Part shown: positions 61,112 to 64,000 of the stretch, piece by piece
How positions within the stretch are numbered: the first letter of the stretch is position 1
Layout: every line of letters begins with the position of its first letter
Source: a virus
Taxonomy: Duplodnaviria; Caudoviricetes
Reading direction: 5' to 3' (one strand)
Length of the DNA stretch: 64,000 nt
Virus record (IMG/VR): IMGVR_UViG_3300015607_004069
Span: 64,001 to 128,000 of that record
Position numbers and translations under genes: made by a program
The notes under the pieces: model-generated
Told to the model about the DNA's origin: nothing
What the model saw: only the letters and a program-made list of their open reading frames with translations
Databases searched by the model: none

Positions 61112-62726
61112 GAATTTGCAGGAGTTTGATAAAAGAGGAATCAACATCGGTGTAAGAGACGATAAATATTTCACCATTGAATTGGATCAGTTAGACGAAG
61201 ATCAGTTAAATAGACTTCAAAAAGTATTAGAAAAGCATGCTAAGGACCCTAAAGTTGTTCCTGTATTGCGTGATTTCAAGCTTTATTTGAATATTGACAA
61301 ACTGTGCGGCAGTGCCAAATCCACAACTGTCAGCCAATTCTGTGATCTGTTAACGGCTACATTACTCAACTTGCCCGGTCACAGGATTTATGAAAGAGAT
61401 AAAAACACTGGAATGTGGTCCGCCTACTTTGTGCAGTCAGTGAGATATGATGATGGCGAATCCTTTCGTCAGAAATCCCAGCCGACTACAGAAGTCAAAC
61501 TGGTCTATCGTGAATTCGGCATGGATTGTACCACGTCTATAACATTCGATTCCAAGGAATGCTGTTATATGACCATCAGCGAGGCTCTGAATAAGGCCGG
61601 TTATTACCTTGAAACGCCAGAATTACGAAAAGAGTACCTTGAATTTAAAAGCAAATTTGAGGTCATAGCAGAAGATATTGGTGCCCCATATTTGGCCGAT
61701 GGGTACGGCTGCACTTTAGACAACTGGCGACATTCCTATATTCCTTTCGCTATGGAAGGTCAGAAATCGAAAGTCATCTTAGATGTCTTCTTTGAAGTAC
61801 CACCTACCAAGGAACCTAAGAAATACCAAATAGATTTCTGGTGGAATAAGAAGACTAAGAGTGAACAGGTCGAGCCAAGTCGAGAGTATAGAGATTCCAT
61901 TGAAATTCCAACCCATTTCAATGTGATTGTGTTTGATCTAGCCCGATCTGATCGGTTTAAAACACACATCAATAATCTGACAAAATACAAATTCGATTCG
62001 AAGGCTTCAAAGAGGTTGGTGTTACCAGCAGAACAACGGAAATTAATCGACCTGTTGATTTCCAAAGACACGAACGCCTTCAAGGATATCGTTTCTGGCA
62101 AGTCGGGCGGGACAGTGATGGCCTTGTGTGGCGATGCCGGATTGGGCAAAACATTGACTTGTGAGGTAGTTGCTGAATCAGTCCAGAGAGTCTTATACAG
62201 TGTTCAATGCTCGCAATTGGGTGTTGAACCGGAGGATCTGGAAAAGAATCTGAGGCTCGTCTTTGATCGTGCCCACCGCTGGAATGCTATCATACTACTT
62301 GATGAAGCTGATGTCTACGTTCAAAAACGTGGTGACAGCCTCAATCTGAATGCTATTGTTGGTGTATTCCTGAGACTATTAGAATATCATTCTGGCATCA
62401 TGTTTCTCACTACAAACAGGGCCAGTGATATTGATGATGCCGTTCTTAGTCGATGCGTGGCTAGAATTGATTATCGCATGCCACAGGCTCAGGAACGTCA
62501 TGATATCTGGATGTCTCTAATAGGGTCCAATAAGCTGACCATTTCACCAGATGACCTAGCCAAGCTAGTTGAACTGTCTGATGGAATGAGCGGACGTGAC
62601 ATCAAGAACGTCCTAAGACTAGCACTTTTGTTTAACCCAAAACTCACACCAGAAAGCGTAGAATATGTCAAGCAATTCAAACCAACGATCACCAAGAGAA
62701 CGAATAAAGATCGCTTGCATGTCTGA
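61065..62726 (+). CDS. AAA+ ATPase
   Basis: GDAGLGKT, ILLDEAD, FLTTNR, SR. Confidence 0.88.
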   Translation: MNLKIKMPTVKLIEYKNLQEFDKRGINIGVRDDKYFTIELDQLDEDQLNRLQKVLEKHAKDPKVVPVLRDFKLYLNIDKLCGSAKSTTVSQFCDLLTATLLNLPGHRIYERDKNTGMWSAYFVQSVRYDDGESFRQKSQPTTEVKLVYREFGMDCTTSITFDSKECCYMTISEALNKAGYYLETPELRKEYLEFKSKFEVIAEDIGAPYLADGYGCTLDNWRHSYIPFAMEGQKSKVILDVFFEVPPTKEPKKYQIDFWWNKKTKSEQVEPSREYRDSIEIPTHFNVIVFDLARSDRFKTHINNLTKYKFDSKASKRLVLPAEQRKLIDLLISKDTNAFKDIVSGKSGGTVMALCGDAGLGKTLTCEVVAESVQRVLYSVQCSQLGVEPEDLEKNLRLVFDRAHRWNAIILLDEADVYVQKRGDSLNLNAIVGVFLRLLEYHSGIMFLTTNRASDIDDAVLSRCVARIDYRMPQAQERHDIWMSLIGSNKLTISPDDLAKLVELSDGMSGRDIKNVLRLALLFNPKLTPESVEYVKQFKPTITKRTNKDRLHV

Positions 62727-63366
62727 TCTCCATGGGTATCTGATTGAGCATGATCTTATTCCAGATTGTGACCTACTTATTCTAGCAGGCGATCTGTGCT
62801 ATCACCATGACGATTATGGTTGGTATATTCGTGATTTTGGAAGATGGCTTGAGAAGCTATCCAGACGAATGAAAATCATAGGAGTAGCAGGCAATCATGA
62901 TTTCATGTTTCAGAATATCAATGAATGTGACCCTGAATATGTTGATCTTGTAAAGGCATTGCCATGGACCTACTTGCAGGACGGTGGTACCACCTTTAAA
63001 GGATGGAATATCTATGGCACACCATGGCAACCGACATTCTATTCGTGGGCTTTTAATGCTGAAGAAGACGAATTGGCTAAGAAATGGGCTAAAATTCCTG
63101 AAGAAACTAGTATTTTAGTCCTGCATGGACCGCCTTTTGGATTTGGCGATATTAATCCGAAAGGTGAGCATGTCGGCTCGCGAACTTTGGAACATAAGAT
63201 AGCTCAATTACATCGTCATTTGAAGCTGGCTGTTTTTGGCCATATCCACTCCGGACACGGCACATACAGGCATTCATCGGGTACACTGCTAATAAACGCC
63301 TCTTTGGTCGATGAAAAATATCGTTTGGTCAACGGTCCGACTGTTGTTGAGTTGTCAGGGGAATAA
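62665..63366 (+). CDS. Metallophosphoesterase
   Basis: SDLHG, AGD, AGNHD, HGPP, FGHIH. Confidence 0.88.
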   Translation: MSSNSNQRSPRERIKIACMSDLHGYLIEHDLIPDCDLLILAGDLCYHHDDYGWYIRDFGRWLEKLSRRMKIIGVAGNHDFMFQNINECDPEYVDLVKALPWTYLQDGGTTFKGWNIYGTPWQPTFYSWAFNAEEDELAKKWAKIPEETSILVLHGPPFGFGDINPKGEHVGSRTLEHKIAQLHRHLKLAVFGHIHSGHGTYRHSSGTLLINASLVDEKYRLVNGPTVVELSGE

Positions 63367-63591
63367 AATGGGGCCTATTATCGTTAACGCATCCGGACAA
63401 GCTGATGTTCGTTGTGCCTACTGTAAGAAGCCAATCACTAAAAGGCAGTGGATTGGCTTTATTGATAGTTCCAGACAGTGCAGCCGCCTGTGGTGCAGGC
63501 TCTGGTCTGGTCATTGGCTCTGGATGAACTTCAGAAGACGAATCGTATGGGAAAAGAAGACATTTTCGATTAATTATCCGACTATCAGACG

Positions 63592-63918
63592 TTAGTGGAT
63601 CAGCTGATAGGCCAATGGACGAAGCTGATTAAATATGGTCTTGTCTCTTACGAAATTCATAAATTCGATATATTTTATAATAGTGAAGGGAGGAATAGGT
63701 ATAATATTTTCTATCAAATCATCAAAGCCATCAAATTCGAATTTCTGTGCTAGTACGTCCATGGTTTGCTTAGCTGCCTTCACTTCCTTTTGAGTAGCAC
63801 TGCTATTATAGACTCGAAGAAATAATTCCGCTATGCCGTCTGACATCTTTTTGCCCGTCTTCTGATTGCGATAGGAGCCAATATAGGGATAAATTCCTGC
63901 GTTCAACTTGTATACCAC
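63592..63918 (-). CDS. Hypothetical protein (may extend past the window edge)
   Basis: 108-aa ORF. Confidence 0.4.
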   Translation of the reverse strand: MVYKLNAGIYPYIGSYRNQKTGKKMSDGIAELFLRVYNSSATQKEVKAAKQTMDVLAQKFEFDGFDDLIENIIPIPPFTIIKYIEFMNFVRDKTIFNQLRPLAYQLIH

Positions 63919-64000
63919 TGGATCATAAATTTTATGAATGCCGCTCCATATATAATCGATTATATCATCACGTCTATACCAGTCAGGCGAACCCGGCTCT

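Noticed and set aside
1-64000. Host assignment and self-targets for the array guides
   Set aside because: Cannot be determined by eye; split 8+8-nt matches need a computational search

Overview
A 64-kb segment of a large T4-related (jumbo-type) phage genome, densely coded on both strands in the standard code. It contains a head module (gp21-like prohead protease, scaffold, gp23-like major capsid protein), a TOPRIM primase-like gene, NucS, adenosine deaminase, sigma70-like genes, a glycosylation cluster (glycosyltransferases, RmlD-like reductase, methyltransferase, B12 radical SAM), fibre/decoration proteins and many small hypotheticals. The standout is a non-coding array at about 14460-16003. 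It has 44 units of 35 nt, each with two short conserved repeats alternating with two 8-nt variable segments. It lies downstream (minus strand) of a Nop/IS110-like protein that has no nuclease domain (16599-17543). This is the architecture of a TIGR-Tas (TasA-type) dual-spacer RNA-guided system; here the period is 35 nt, half-spacers are reused, and a DNA glycosylase gene sits between the protein gene and the array. Other oddities: a possibly virion-packaged split sigma factor, an HTH-endonuclease-methyltransferase fusion followed by a relic of its own C-terminus, two homopolymer frameshifts, a TAG-interrupted HNH gene, and a tRNA-like fold flanked by direct repeats. All assignments come from motif recognition by eye; no searches were run.
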